Assembly (NCBI RefSeq): GCF_030684315.1
Contig: NC_081386.1
Location: 17,059,914-17,123,913, forward strand
From: Stegostoma tigrinum
Taxonomy: Eukaryota
Direction: 5' to 3'
DNA length: 64,000 nucleotides
Shown: piece by piece, positions 1-12,816 of the stretch
Layout of the letters: the number at the start of each line of letters is the position of its first letter
How positions within the stretch are numbered: the stretch's first letter is position 1
Translations under genes and position numbers: made by a program
Notes under the pieces: model-generated
The model's input: only the letters and a program-made list of their open reading frames with translations
What the model was told of the DNA's origin: nothing
The model's database searches: none

Positions 1-380
1 CATAACCTCTGTATCCTTGTACTCCAGTCTTCCAGATATAAAAACCAACATTCCATTAGCTTTCTTGATTATTTTCCATACATTTTGGTGACATATGAAA
101 GATCTATGCATCTGAACACCCAGGTTTCTTTGGGTGTTCACTTAATTTAACTTCATACCATTATCTATCGCTTTTGGTCCAAAATGGATAATCTTACACT
201 TGCATACGTTGAACTCTATCTAACACAGTTTGTTCATTCACATAGTCAATCAGTACCCCTTTGTAGTTTTATGCAATCACCTAGACCGTTCACAATGCTG
301 CCTAACTTTGGATATGTGACTTTCTATGCCATTATCCGAATTGTTAATAAATGTTGTGAGTCAATGAGGTTCTAACACAG
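1..380 (-). mobile_element. Degenerate CR1-type LINE fragment
   Basis: Reverse-strand similarity to the 3' ORF2 region seen in the better-preserved CR1 copies of this window. Confidence 0.5.
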
Positions 381-382
381 AT

Positions 383-463
383 CTGAAGAAGGGTCATGAC
401 CCCAAATGTCAGCTTTCCTGCTCCTTGATGCTGCTTGGCCTGCTGTATTCATCCGGCTCTATA
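383..463 (+). mobile_element. Short PLE tail fragment with decayed hammerhead core
   Basis: ctgaagaagggtcatgaccccaaatgtcagctttcctgctcc...gctgcttggcctgctgt matches the PLE tail at 59144-59230. Confidence 0.75.
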
Positions 464-469
464 CCAATT

Positions 470-960
470 CACTGGTGATGACTGGATAGATTATAAAGGA
501 ACCAGGCAAGGGGAAATGCAATCATTGAGAAGAGGCATAAGAGAGGCACCAGTCTGTGGACAGGTCAAGAGGATGAATGCAGACAGTTCCTTGTGATCAC
601 AGAATGTTGTCACTTTGATCAAGCTGTATTTCAGTTTTGCAGCAGGGGTTGGAAACCGAAGTGAGTGCTTCATACATTGAATTGAAAGAAAAATGGGCAT
701 GAGTTTTGAGTCAACAGCAGGGACTTTGGAGAGAAAAGGCAGTTGGAAATGGAACTGTATTTAACAAGGAGGGGTGGAGAGGCTAAGGTGAGTGATAATG
801 GAAGAATAGAAAATGAGTGGAGTGACCGGGGCAAGGGTGCTATTTGCAATAAAAGCAATATGGGAGCCAGGAATGGAAATTGAGATCAGCAATTGAGAAG
901 AAATAGAACTACAGAGCAGGAGATTGGTCTCCTGAATAAGATATGTTTGAGAGGGCACGA
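470..960 (-). mobile_element. Old L2/CR1-clade LINE remnant
   Basis: Purine-rich + strand. The minus frame resembles LINE ORF2 just upstream of the RT domain, with many disablements. Confidence 0.4.
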
Positions 961-2059
961 GGAGATAAATTAATCTTCTAAGTCAATTAATTGGCATTTA
1001 TTTCTATGATCCATGTGTTCATCCTTTATTGCCAACACAATTTCTTTATGTTAACAACAGTGGTTACAGCATAGAGCCCATGGTTGGCACACAAGTCCAC
1101 AGCAAAATGGAATGGCCCAATCACAGAAAAGGCAATTCAGACAATAAAGCCACAAAAGCTTGGTTCTGGGCAAATGTTCAAAGCAGAGAATGGGCAGAGT
1201 GACAAGCTCTGCTGATTTAACTGTCACCTGCAGAACCAGAACTGGTTTGGACGTTTTCTTTTCTCAAACTTTTAACTGACAGCTTTAAATAAACAGTAAT
1301 CAGCTCCATTGTGCATATGTCTCATTCACAAGTAGCAGAAACTGTCAAATCTGTGGTTATTAAGATGGAAAGGAGCTGCCAAAGCTGGGAAATGCTTGGA
1401 ATATCTTCCATTGCACAGATGGTCCTCATATTCTTGGTTTCATTACTGTGTTTCTACTGTTCTACAATATTCTAATACCTCATTCTGTAAGACATTACAA
1501 GTTAGGATTTGTGTCTGAACCTTCCTAGTTACAGTCTTTATTGTGTAGCTTTGAAGATAGGGTGGAATTTAATCTAGTTGGTCAGGGTGGAAACCTTGGC
1601 AGCCAGGCCCACTTCATTGTGGATGAGGCTTTGTCTGTGTCAGCTTCTCAGCAATGACAAAACCTCCGCTGATTAAGTGAGACAGCTTGCATAACTGAAT
1701 ACATTCTCCAAATAAGTGTCTCCTCTTTGAAGGGAGATGCATGCCTCCTGATTTAGGCAGGTTGATTTATTTAAAAAAAGGTTATAATATAAATTTGGTA
1801 TCTCAAACCATCAGACTAACCCAAGCTACTCTGGACACATTTGATAAACTTACTGTGCATACTGTAGTGTTAGGGAGCATTTGGATATGTTTGAATCTGT
1901 CCCTGAAAACAGACATAACTGGCTGAATTTAGAATGAGTACCAATGTTTCCCATCTTGTGCAAAGATTCATACTGTACAGTTGTAAAACAGAATAAGAAG
2001 GATGTAGCAACTATATTGATGAAAATATGATTAGCATCCTCTGGGGAAGAGGAAATGTC

Positions 2060-2151
2060 ATTGGGTGAGCAACCCAGAACTCCAGGCTAATGTTCTAAAG
2101 ATATGGTCTTGAATTCCACCATCACAAGTGTGCGCATGTGTGTGTGGTGGT

Positions 2152-2182
<31 letters not shown>

Positions 2183-2590
2183 GGGTGGTGGGTGGTACAA
2201 AGCACTGCAGTTTCTGGAAATCCGAAACAAAATCAGAAATTGCTGGGAAAGTTCAACAGGTCTGGCAGCATCTGTGTAAAGAAAGCAGAGTTATCATCTC
2301 TGGCACAGTGACCCTTCTTTGGAAAGGGCAAATATGAAGCTTGAATTCAATAAAAATCTTGAATTTTCAAACACGCTAGTCTAATAGAAACCATGCAACT
2401 ATCGTCATTTTTAAAATAGCACATCTTGTTCATTAATGTCCTTTCAGGAAAGAAATCTGTTGTCCTTTCCTGGTCTAATTTCAGACCCACAGAAAGGTAG
2501 TTGACTCTTAAGTGCTCTCTGAGCAATTAAAGTTGGGTAATTAATACTGGCTTAGCCAGTGCTTCTCATATCCCATTAAAGAATAAAGAT
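2060..2590 (+). mobile_element. tRNA-derived SINE (same family as 34262-34605), interrupted by a poly-G tract and a PLE-type tail (~2225-2325)
   Basis: Shared blocks ttgaattcaataaaaatct, ctaatgtccttt-like, cagacccacag and gcaattaa. G28 at 2152-2179. Confidence 0.6.
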
Positions 2591-4004
2591 TAACTACCAT
2601 CATTCACAAAGTGCTGGTGATAATTTGGTTTAGTTGCTTTTCAGGTCTAATTCAAAGGATTTCATCTGGGTAAGACGCTAACTTTAAAATGCTTCAAAAA
2701 CTTGACACATGGATGGACTCCTGGAACAAGCTGCAAATAGTTTGATGCTTTGCCAAAAGCATTTTCCACTGCTTATTGATTTCACTGGAGTGGACAGTAA
2801 ACGTGAATGCTGCAGAGTTAAGCAGCAAAACATTGGTTTGAATTTTGCATCATGCAAACCTTCGAAAAAAATACATCCTGCCAGTGCTTCCCTTCCAGTT
2901 TCTGTCCCTCTCTCGTCATCTCTCTCTCTCCTTTTTGAGTTGTTCTTGCTGACTGAATCCCACAGAAAAACCTTTGCATTTCCTGAGACCCTAATCAGTG
3001 ATCTCGGAGTGCTAAATAATAAAGCTTGATAATCAAAAACTTGCTCTGCACACTCAAAAATCAGCCAATGATAGTTTTTATTTCTAACTAAGACAAAGAT
3101 TAACATCCCAATCATGACCGGAATTATCTTCTCAGAGCAATTTCATAAATTAACAACATATTTCTAGATCTCCATCACTTAGTGTATAAGTATACCATCG
3201 TGTATGCTGCGGGTTCAGTTGGCTTTGGCAGTATGAACGAATCTCAGTGGGCGGCAAAGTCTTCTCTATTGGCCTCCAGCATTCTTTGACTGTATGTGAT
3301 CTGAATGCCAAACGAATCATCCCATACCCAGTCACTGTCTTTGGATTCCTTCTAGAAAACGTGAGCATATATATATATCATACAATACAGGGGCAGCATC
3401 CACCATAATCACAATGTGTCAAGAAGTCTGCCAATATTCTGTGTGGACTATCAGACAAATAATAGTTCCTTTAAAAGTATTCAATTTTTGGGTATTCTTA
3501 ATTAAGCTTGAATCAGTGCTGACAGGACAGCACAGAAGAATGTGGAAACATCATAAACATTTTATTTTGTGAATTGTGACTATAGTAGGAGATCATCTTT
3601 TCTAGGATACCAAATAAGGTGATTATAGAGAGTTATTCTGGGATGTGCCTCCTTTTTATTGAGAAAGATACGAGGCCTCGTATATTTATGCTAAAAATAG
3701 TAAATGTGATTGCCCAACAAAAGTGCGATCATGAAATGAAGTACATCAGTAAGAAATCTAGGCGCAGCAATTGATATAAAATAAATGGAAGTGTCATTGA
3801 AGTATTTGGCAGCAGTGAACAAAGGTAATGAAACATTGAAGTAAACTCATACCAGTGCTTCACTGGCTGTAAGTCAAAGCATGTGAAAGTGACGCTCCGT
3901 CAATTATCAGTGAAATGCGGAATACAGGTTTAACATCTTTTGAGTTCAGGAGCATTTGTTTTTTTATTTGTGGTCCTGTTTCTAGTCTTCATGGCATTCA
4001 GTTA

Positions 4005-4372
4005 AGTTTGATGGCACAACTCTCTTGGTAGGACTCGTGCTCCTAAGGTCCTAGGTTCAGGGCGTGAGCACAAAAAAAAATACAGTGACACCCTAGTGTA
4101 GTACTGAGGGCATGCTGTGCTGTCTTTCAGACGAGTTATCAAACTAAGTCCCACCTGCCAGCTTGAGTGAGTGTTAAGGTTCCCAAGGAATTCTGTTGAA
4201 GAGTAGAGCTTATCCACAGTGTTCTGACCAATGTTTAGCCCTTAATTAGTGGCACAAAAATATAGATTATCTGGTTGTTATCATATTGGTTCCTTGTGGG
4301 ACCTGGCTTCATTTTATTGGAAAGCACTTTGAGACATTTAGCGATCATAAAATGTCCTATGTGAAAGCAAGT
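4005..4372 (+). mobile_element. Deu-domain SINE (SacSINE1/AmnSINE1-like)
   Basis: tRNA-like head, then gtactgagggcatgctg...gattatctggttgttatcatattg...aaagcactttgagaca. Related copies at ~25370-25620, ~52620-52900 and ~63700-64000. Confidence 0.55.
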
Positions 4373-5799
4373 TGACTGCTGTCATTCCTTGATCAGCACG
4401 GATAGTAGTGCACTGCTAATGTCAGTAGACTGATGTGCTAAAATGTCAAGCTAAAGTTCTGTGGAGGTAGGTTTAAATCCCACCATACCAAAGGATGAAA
4501 TTTTAATTCAATGAAAAGCTGGTGTAAAGGGGATCATGTGACCACTGTTCATTGTTACACCAAACCCAACGGGTGGAGCTTAGGTTCACCTCAAATTTAC
4601 AGAAGGTAGAATGTACAAGACCAGCCAGAGGTCCAATGGAATAACCTGGGAATGCAGGTAATGATGTCATATGTTTGCATTCAATAACTAACCTGACCCT
4701 CCTAGCAAGGATTGGCTGTTATGGATGATACAGTGTGAGAAATAGTGGCCTGTGTCTTGCAGCTCTGGTAATTTGAAGAATGTGGAGTCACAACCTGTAT
4801 ATGTGCAACCTCTTATACCATTTCCAAAGGCAATGTGAAAATGCATAGTTAGCCCTCAAATTCTTCTCTCTGCCCGTTGTAAAGAAACAATAATTTGTTT
4901 ACGTAAGTAGAGAATATAAATACACTCATATGATAACACTGTTAACAGCAGTTTGCAGGTTAATGGAACAAGTCAATGGTCCCTTAAATTTTTCCTCTGA
5001 CAAAAGAATGTATTTCTCCAAATAGATGGCCTGTTCTTTGTATCATTTATATATCAATCTTAAAAGACTCTGGTGCAACATTCTGATACTGACACTGCAG
5101 GTCAAGGTCTGCAGAAATTACAGTACTGCAGACTTTGGATTATGGAATCTAGACAAGCTGAACTAACATAGGATAAAAGTGCTGTGAGTTTTAGCTTACT
5201 GCCCTGGAGCTCCCTGGGGGTGAAACCAACAGAGTCCAAAGGTAGATACTCTCTGTTTTATGGGTGCATCTTTGTTTTCAACTCCCTCCGTGCACCAACC
5301 ACCCACCTCGCTGTGAAGTCCTCCAATTCTTTTGGTATCTCTGTAATCCTCTGACTCAGGTCTCTGGCATATTCCTGGTTTTCAGAGTTCGATCATAACA
5401 GTTGCCCCATCTGCAGTCTGGGCCCTTGGCTCTGGAATCCCTTCCCTAAGTCTCACTACCTCTCTAATTATTTCTCCTCCTTTAAGACATTCCTTGAAAT
5501 CCATCTCCATCTGTGTTAATATCTCCATATATTGCTTAATGTCATTCTTCTTTCTGATAAAGTTCCTGTGAAGTGACTTGGGAAATGTTACTATGTCAAA
5601 TATAGCATATAAATGCAAGGTGACATTGCTAAATGAACATAAACTCCTTGGTGTGAGGAGTATGTTTCAATTATTACAATAGTGTTTTCAAATAGTATAG
5701 AGCAACCACACCCACAGAGCATAGACCAAATTGTAAGGGTACGAAGACATGGTTTTCACACTCTTCTGTATTTTCTGAGTTATGGTGTCCTTTTCCAAT

Positions 5800-6350
5800 A
5801 TATAGATAGAGTAAATGCCAGTTGGCTTTCCCCTTGGATGTAAAATTTCAAGACTAGGGGGCTTATTTTTAAGGTGAGAGGAGAGAGATTTAAAAGGAAC
5901 ATGAAAGGCAATTTTTTTTAAACACAGAGGATGGTTCGCGTGTGGAATGAACATCCTGAGGAAATGGTGGATGTGGTCACAATTGCAACATTTAAAGACA
6001 TTTGGATAGGTACATAAACAGGAAAGAGATAATGGGAACTGCAGATTGCTGGAGAATCTGAGATAACAAAGTGCAGAGCTGGATGAACGCAGCAGGTCAA
6101 GCAACATCTTAGGAACACAAAAGCTGACATTTTGGGCCTAAACCCTTCTTCAGAAAAGCTCCAGAGGGAGGAGGGTAACTTCTTCAGGATAGGCATTCCT
6201 AGGAGAGGCTGCGCAGTGAGGTTAAAATTGTATCAGAGAATAAATAGGAAAGATTAGGAGGAATATGGGCCAGGCGCAGGCAGGTAGGACTAGTTTAGTT
6301 TGGGATTATGTTCGGCATGCACTGGTAGGACCGAAGGGTTTGTATTACTC
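5800..6350 (+). mobile_element. CR1 LINE 3' end with a nested PLE fragment (~6028-6239)
   Basis: CR1 tail (tttaaggtgagaggagagagatttaaa...gtgtggaatgaac...) split by gataatgggaactgcagatt...ccttcttcaga. Imperfect duplication ataaa(c/t)aggaaaga on both sides of the insert. Confidence 0.75.
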
Positions 6351-6789
6351 TGATTTGTTCACCTTCCAGACAGCTTCAATCATCACTGCCTCCAAGGCTG
6401 ATCTGATTGACTAAAGATTCAGTAGACCTAACAGTGCCAGTGGCTGTGACTACAGGCAGTCCTTAGGTTCAAAGTTCCAGGGCTCTGTACCAAGAAGTGT
6501 GAAAGCGAGAGACAGGCGGTGAGGCCCAAAGGGTGTGGTGAGCATCAAGGGCTAGGCTTCCTAACAGGCTGTGATGGGGTGGAGATGGTGTTATACAGAA
6601 GGTATGAGAATGTGTAGGGAGCTGACCTTGTTGGAGATGGGTGCCTAATGTGGAAAGCAGCTGTTGAACAAGTATCCCACAACTGTGACCTTCCCACAGC
6701 TCCTACCAGTCTGAAAATTAAGTCCAGTAGGAAATGGCCTGTAAATAGTCATCAAGGGCTCACATAAGTGTCTCAACTGAGACAATGGT

Positions 6790-7718
6790 AGCAAGTTTAA
6801 TAAGGTTCCCCATGGTAGGCTGTTGCAGAAAATTCGGAGGCATGGGATTGAGGGTGGTTCAGCGTTTTGGATCAGAAATTGGCTAGTTGGAAGAAGACAG
6901 AGTGTGGTGGTTGATGGGGAATGACAATCCTGGTGCTCAGTTACTAGTGGTGACTGCAAGGATGTGTTTTGGGGCCACTGCTATTTGTCATTTTTATAAA
7001 TGACCTGGATGAGGGCATAGAAGGATTGGTTAGTAAATTTGCAGATGACACTAAAGTCGGTGGAGTTGTAGATGGTGCGGAAGAATGTCCCTATGTAACC
7101 TGCAAAATAGATAAGCTGCAGAGCTGGGCTTAGAGGTGGCAAATGAAGTTTAATGCAGAAAAGTGAGAGGTGATTCACTTTGGAAGGAGTAGCAGGAGTA
7201 CAGAGTAGTGGGCAATGGTTGTTAAGAAAGCGTACGGTGTTAGGTTTTATTGGTAGAGGGATTGAGTTTTGGAGCCATGAGGTCTTGTTGCAGCTGTACA
7301 AAACTCTGGTGCGGCCACACTTGGAGTATTGTGTACAGTTCTGGTCGCCACATTATAAGAGGGATGTGGAAGCATTGGAAAGGGTGCAGTGGAGATTTAC
7401 TGGGATGTTGCCCGGTATGTAGGGAAGGTCTTATGAGGAAAGGCTGAGGGACTTGAGGCTGTTTTTGTTAGAGAGAAGAAGATTAAGAGGTCACTTAATA
7501 GAGACATACAAGATGATCAGAGGATTAGATAGGATGGATGGTGAGAGCCTTTTTCCTCGGATGCTGATGGCTAGCACGAGGGGTGATAGATACAGGACAG
7601 ATGTCAGAGGTAGGTTCTTTACTCAGACAGTAGTAAGGACGTGGAACGCCCTGCCTGCAATAGTAGTAGACTTGACAACTTTAAGGGCCTGTACTACTGT
7701 ACTAATGTTCTATGTTCT
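6790..7718 (+). mobile_element. 5'-truncated CR1 LINE (RT C-terminus and 3' UTR), disabled
   Basis: Encodes QGCVLGPLLFVIFINDLDEGIEGLVSKFADDTKVGG and LYKTLVRPHLEYCVQFWSP. Ends in a gttctatgttcta tail. Confidence 0.92.
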
Positions 7719-7877
7719 AAGTCAGTCTGCTGTAAAATGGTGGACAGAACGGAAATGGGAAAGCCATCCAGACAACCACGCACGCACGCACACTCACACA
7801 CACCCCTCCTCTCACCCCACCAGCCTGGTCCCATTGGTGGATGTGTGTGGAATTTCAGACCCATGTTGGTTTCCTTT

Positions 7878-8200
7878 CATAGAATACCTACAGTGTAGAA
7901 ACAGGCCTTCCGGCCCACTGAGTCCACAATGACCCTCCGAAGAGCATCCCACCCCTTACACTATCCTATCCCTGTAACCCAACATACACCATGCCAAATT
8001 AATCTGGCCAGCACATCCCTGGACACTGTGGGTAATTTAACATGGCTAATCCACCTGACCTGCACATTTTAGGATTATGGGAGGAAATCCATGCAGACAT
8101 GGGGAGAATGTACAAACTCCACACAGACAGTTGTCCTTGGGTGGAATTGAATCTGGGTCCCTGGTGATATAAAGCAGCAGTCCTAACCACAGAGTCACCC
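7878..8200 (-). mobile_element. HE1-type V-SINE, followed by a second partial tail at ~8201-8332
   Basis: Minus strand has a tRNA-like head (gtggttaggactgctgc), the V-domain ctgtctgtgtggagtttgtacattctcccc and a CR1-derived tail. Confidence 0.85.
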
Positions 8201-8499
8201 CATAAAATCCCTACAGTGTGGAAGCCGATCAAGTTCACACCAACCCTCAGAGCATCCCACCCAGGCCTACTCTTTTACTCTGCATTTCCCACGTTTAATC
8301 CACATAACCTACACATCCCTGGACACTATAGGCAACGCGGCATGCCAGCCGATGAGCAGGAGGTTGAATATGTTCTGACGTTTTGTGATGCAGTCAATTA
8401 TCAATAACAGAGGTTATCAAAGCAGGCAAGACTATATCAGAATACAGTGTGCCACTGTATTTATAGAATCAAGACCAACTAAAACACAGAAAACAATCA

Positions 8500-8600
8500 G
8501 GAACAAAAACAAAGTTGCTGGAAAAACTCAGCAGGTCTGGCAGCATTTGTGAAGAAAATATCAGAGTTAACATTTCAGGTTCGGTGACCCTTCCTCAGAA
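8500..8600 (-). mobile_element. Second-family PLE-type tail with a hammerhead-like core
   Basis: aacaaagttgctggaaaaactcagcaggtctggcagc... The minus strand reads gttCTGAGGAagggtcaccgaacctGAAAtgttaac. Similar pieces at ~2225-2325 and ~29825-30050. Confidence 0.6.
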
Positions 8601-8877
8601 CAGTTCGTGGGCTGAAGGGCCTGTACTGTGCTGTACTGTTCTATGTTCCAATTAAGGTATTCCACATGACAGAAAGTGGGAGAGGTAATGTTAGAAATGG
8701 AGCTAGGAAAGTGAACCAAGACTGTTGTTGAATAATGTTGCTTCCTATAGGTGTTTGAAGGGTAGGAGAGATTGGGCAAGTGATGGAGGGTGAGCTTAGC
8801 AAAAATTACTATCAACAATGTCTGAGATGCAGCAACACACAATAGGGCAGCAAGTGAAACCTAGGAAGACTTTCTTC

Positions 8878-9205
8878 TATTCATTCATGAGACAAGGGTT
8901 CGCTGGCTAGCCAGTATTTACTGCCTGTCCCTAGTTAAGAATCAGTCACATTGCTGTGGGTCTAGAGTCACATGTAGGCCAGACAGATGGCAGATTTCCC
9001 TCCCTGAAGGACATTAGTGAACGAGGTGGGTTTTTTCGACATTTGACAATGGTTTAATGGTCATCAGTAGATTCTTAATTCCAGATTTTGTTTTTAAACT
9101 AAATTCAAATTCTACCATCTGCCATAGCAAGATTTGAACCCTGGTCCTCCGACATTAGTTTCTGGATTAACAGTCTAGCAATAATATCACTAGGTCATCA
9201 CCTAT
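8878..9205 (-). mobile_element. tRNA-derived SINE, reverse copy of the 34262-34605 family
   Basis: Reverse-complement match across the whole length, including B box ggttcaaatc. Confidence 0.8.
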
Positions 9206-9232
9206 CCTTAAATAGGTACTTATAAATCTAAG

Positions 9233-9368
9233 CGATAATGGGAACTGCAGATGCTGGAGAATCTGAGATAACAAAGTGTAGAGCTGGGTGAACACAGCAG
9301 GCCAAGCAGCATCCTAGGAGCACAAAAGCTGACATTTCAGGCCTAGACCCTTCATCAGAAAAATCTAC
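9233..9368 (-). mobile_element. PLE tail-only insertion with 11-bp TSD
   Basis: ataaatctaag at 9222-9232 and 9369-9379 flanks gataatgggaactgcagatgctgg...gcctagacccttcatcaga. Confidence 0.85.
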
Positions 9369-10613
9369 ATAAATCTAAGGCTTCTCAATCTCCCCTCTCA
9401 CTTAAGTACTGGTGCCCTCAGGTTAAACTCACCACCAGTTGTCTCCATGTTTGAAGAGAGAACAGTCCTATAGTCTTCTGGGACTATGGTGACTTTACAT
9501 TATAAATCTAAGGATAACATTTTCAGAAACTGAACTTTCTCTACCTTTCCATTCTATAGCCCTTATTGATCACTTTGGATACAACACAATCCAGATATAA
9601 TAGAGTACAAACTGACCTTTGTTGTTCTGGTTTCCTGGGTAGAAAACAAAGGAAAATGAATGCAATGTTTTTCTCATGCACCTAAGCACCTAAAATGCTT
9701 CTGTCCCATATTTGGTCAAGAGATTTCTTTTTACAAGGCATCCTGGCCAACAGATAAGAATAGGATTTTATATAGCACAGATTTCTTCAAGTGGAACAGC
9801 ATCTAACACCAAGCTGTCGGAGAAGAGGGGGATGAAGGAAATGGGCTGGGGGAAGGGAGATCCATATTTTCTCTGTGATTATCATTGTCAGGTCTGGAAA
9901 TGTACATGAGATGTACATTCAGGATTAAAATCACATTGGTGCCAGATATTGGTATCAAACCACGACATTTAGATTTAAAGGATTTTTGGTGATTGCAACT
10001 GATGTCTTTGGTGTCACTAAAATTAGCACATGTTGGGAATGCATCAGATAGTAACTGACAAAGTTGGTGGGAGTGGGATCCAATTTAATGAGGTGCTAAT
10101 GAATGGGTAGGAGAATACAGAGGGGTAAGCCAGGAGGCTGAAGATGCCGATTCTGTTGACAGGATTTACTGTCACACTGTGATCAAAACAATCTCCTGAA
10201 GCCACAACAGTATTTCATTTCCCTACAACTTTGCACCAGCTTTGATACCAGCAGCTGGTACCACTGGTGGGTAGTGTTGATGACCCATGACTAATATCAA
10301 TGACTATAGTGGCAGTAACAGCAACAATGGGATGACACATAAGAGGGAATTCATTGGTTACAGTACATGCATGAGGAAGAGAGCGAGGAAATACCAGAAT
10401 GTGTGATAGAGAAAAAAAATTGAAAAAGTAGAAAGAAAATGAAGAAGAAAACTAATGAGTACAATAGTAGTCAAGGAGGGAGAGAGAAATATATTTCCCT
10501 AAGGATATATTGAAGCTCCTAGAAAGCTGGTTGAAGCTGTGTCCGTATCCTTAATGAAAAGTCAGTCCATAGTAGACTCAATTGTATTGAAGTTACCGAC
10601 ATGAATTATCTTA

Positions 10614-11858
10614 GAGATAGTAGGAACTGCAGATGCTGGAGAATCTGAGATAACAAGGTGTAGAGCTAGATGAACACAGCAGGCTAAGCAGCATCAGAGG
10701 AGCAGGAAGGCTGTTTCGGGCCTAGATCCTCCTCCAGAAATGGGGGAGGGGAAGGGGATTCTGAAATAAATAGGGAGAAAGGGCGAGGCGGACAGAAAAT
10801 GGATAGAGGAGAAGATAGGTGGAGAGGAGACAGATAGGTCAAAGAGGCAGGAATGGAGCCAGTAAAGGTGAGTGTAGGTGGGGAGGTAGGGAGGAGATAG
10901 GTCAAGGGGGTGGGATGAGAAGAGTAGGTAGGAGATGGGGGTGAGGTTTGAGGTGGAGGAGGGGATAGGTGGGTGGAAGGACAGGTTAGGGAGGCGGGGA
11001 CGAGCTGGGCTGGTTTTGGGATGTGGTAGGGGATGGTCCACATTGATACCATTGGGCTGCAGGGTTCCCACGCAGAATATGAGTTGCTGTTCCTGCAACC
11101 TTTAGGTGGCATCGTTGTGGCACTGCAGGAGGCCCAGGATGGACATATCATCTGAGGAATGGGAGGGGGAGTTGAAATGGTTCATGACTGGGAGGTGCAG
11201 TTGTTTAGTGCGAACCGAGTGTAGGTGTTCTGCAAAGTGGTCCCCAAGCCTCTGCTTGGTTTCTCCAATGTAGAGGAGGACACAACGGGAACAGCGGATA
11301 CAGTATACCACATTAGCAGATGTGCAGGTAAACATCTGCTTTTTGTGGAAAGTCTTCTTGGGGCCTGGGGTATAGGTGAGGGGAGAGGTGTAGGGGCAGG
11401 TGTAGCACTTCCTGCAGTAGCAAGGAAAAGTGCCAGACTTCACAAAATCTCCCCTCCCCCACTGCATCCCAAAACCAGCCCAGCTCATACTCGCCTCCCT
11501 CACCTGTCCATCCTCCCTATTTCCCACCCCCCACCTCAAGCTTCACCCTCATCTCCAACCTACTAACCTCATCCCACCCTCTTGACCTGTCCATCCTCCC
11601 TGAACTCACCTACTTCCTCCCTACCTCCCCACCTACACTCACCTTTACTAGCTCCATCCCCACCTCTTTAACTTGTCTGTCTCCTCTCCACTTATCTTCT
11701 CCTCTATCCATCTTCTATCCCCCTCTCCCTATTTATTTCAGAACTCCCTTTCCCTCCCCGATTTCTGAAGAAGGGATAGGACCCGAAACATCATCCTTCC
11801 TGCTCCTCTGCTGTTTGACCTGCTGTGTTCATCTAGATGTACACCTTGTTATCTCAGA
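10614..11858 (-). mobile_element. Penelope-like element: GIY-YIG endonuclease remnant with inverted terminal duplication
   Basis: Minus ORF 11102-11539 contains CTSANVVYCIRCSRCVLLYIGETKQRLGDHFAEH (Cys-containing GIY-YIG). Segment 11436-11858 is an inverted copy of the tail at 10644-11031. Confidence 0.9.
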
Positions 11859-12600
11859 CCCCAATCAGTGTCAGAATTCTCATTTCCCACAATTCAAAAA
11901 AGCTCAACTAAGCACTTATCACCTCTGCACAGTCCTGTGGGAATGCTAACTTGATTTGCCAGAGGTTCCATATTTATCCTATAAATGAGATTTCTACTTC
12001 CCTCAAGGGGCTGAGTAATATTTATTCAGTAAGTGTGATGTGTCAGGAATACATTTTCCAGACAGAATGTGCTGTTTTAAACAGACCCATGAGATTTTAA
12101 TTGTATCATTGATAATCGTGTCTGATACCTTGTAAACTTTGAACTTTCCATCATCATTGAAACATTTCTGTCTACATTCCTTAAATTTATAAGGACACTT
12201 TTCAATATATGGTATTTAGATTTTGGTTCTTTTGGACTATTTGAAATATAATTGAGCTGCTATGGTCATTATCGATCTATCATATACTGGGGACCCAAAT
12301 TTCTATTCCAAGTTTGGAGACACAATACAGTATGAGGGTAGTGCTGTAATGATATGTAAGAATATTGGGATTAACTTCTTTGTAAACTTTAACTACATAC
12401 AGTTGTTCATCTTGTATTTTACTAATGTTTAATATTGTCAGGCCTTTATCTCTGTGGATTCTCAGTAATCTAGAAGAGGCAAGTAAGTATGGCACAAGTG
12501 ACACACTACAGAGATTTGAGCATATAATTGCCGTTAAGTTAATGCATGGAATATCAGGCTATTGACCCACAAGCTGTAACTGTGTCCACTATTGTTTCAG

Positions 12601-12738
12601 GAGCACATCTGAATCCTGCTATTTCCCTTTCTATGTGTGTTCTTGGACGGCTTCAGTGGTTGAAACTGCCAGTCTACTGCTTTTCTCAGCTTGTCGGGGC
12701 TTTTATCGGCTCAGCAGCCGTTTTTGGACTTTACTATG
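12601..12738 (+). CDS. aqp9: Aquaglyceroporin (aquaporin-9-like), coding exon 3, with the first NPA motif
   Basis: Acceptor tttcag|GA at 12600/12601 and donor G|gtaagt at 12738/12739. Size 138 bp, typical of aquaglyceroporin exon 3. Translates (G)AHLNPAISLSMCVLGRLQWLKLPVYCFSQLVGAFIGSAAVFGLYY. Confidence 0.95.
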
Positions 12739-12816
12739 GTAAGTCTTTCATTTTTACATCTGTATTTAAGAAGTGGAAATTGCTGCCTGTTGCAATAATC
12801 TTTATGCTCTTTTTAG

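Noticed and set aside
2684-3115. Overlapping 143-aa and 106-aa ORFs
   Set aside because: No domain similarity. They span a (CT)n-like tract and are likely chance ORFs in intronic DNA.
10684-11151. Pro/Ser-rich or Gly-rich ORFs here and at 36785-37042, 54640-55136 and 58573-59147 as host genes
   Set aside because: They are alternative frames of the low-complexity purine/pyrimidine-skewed PLE 3' region.
1-12600. aqp9 exons 1-2
   Set aside because: No segment encoding the expected TM1/TM2 motifs (EFLGT, GCG..AQ, GGVSG) with proper splice sites was found, so they are probably upstream of the window.
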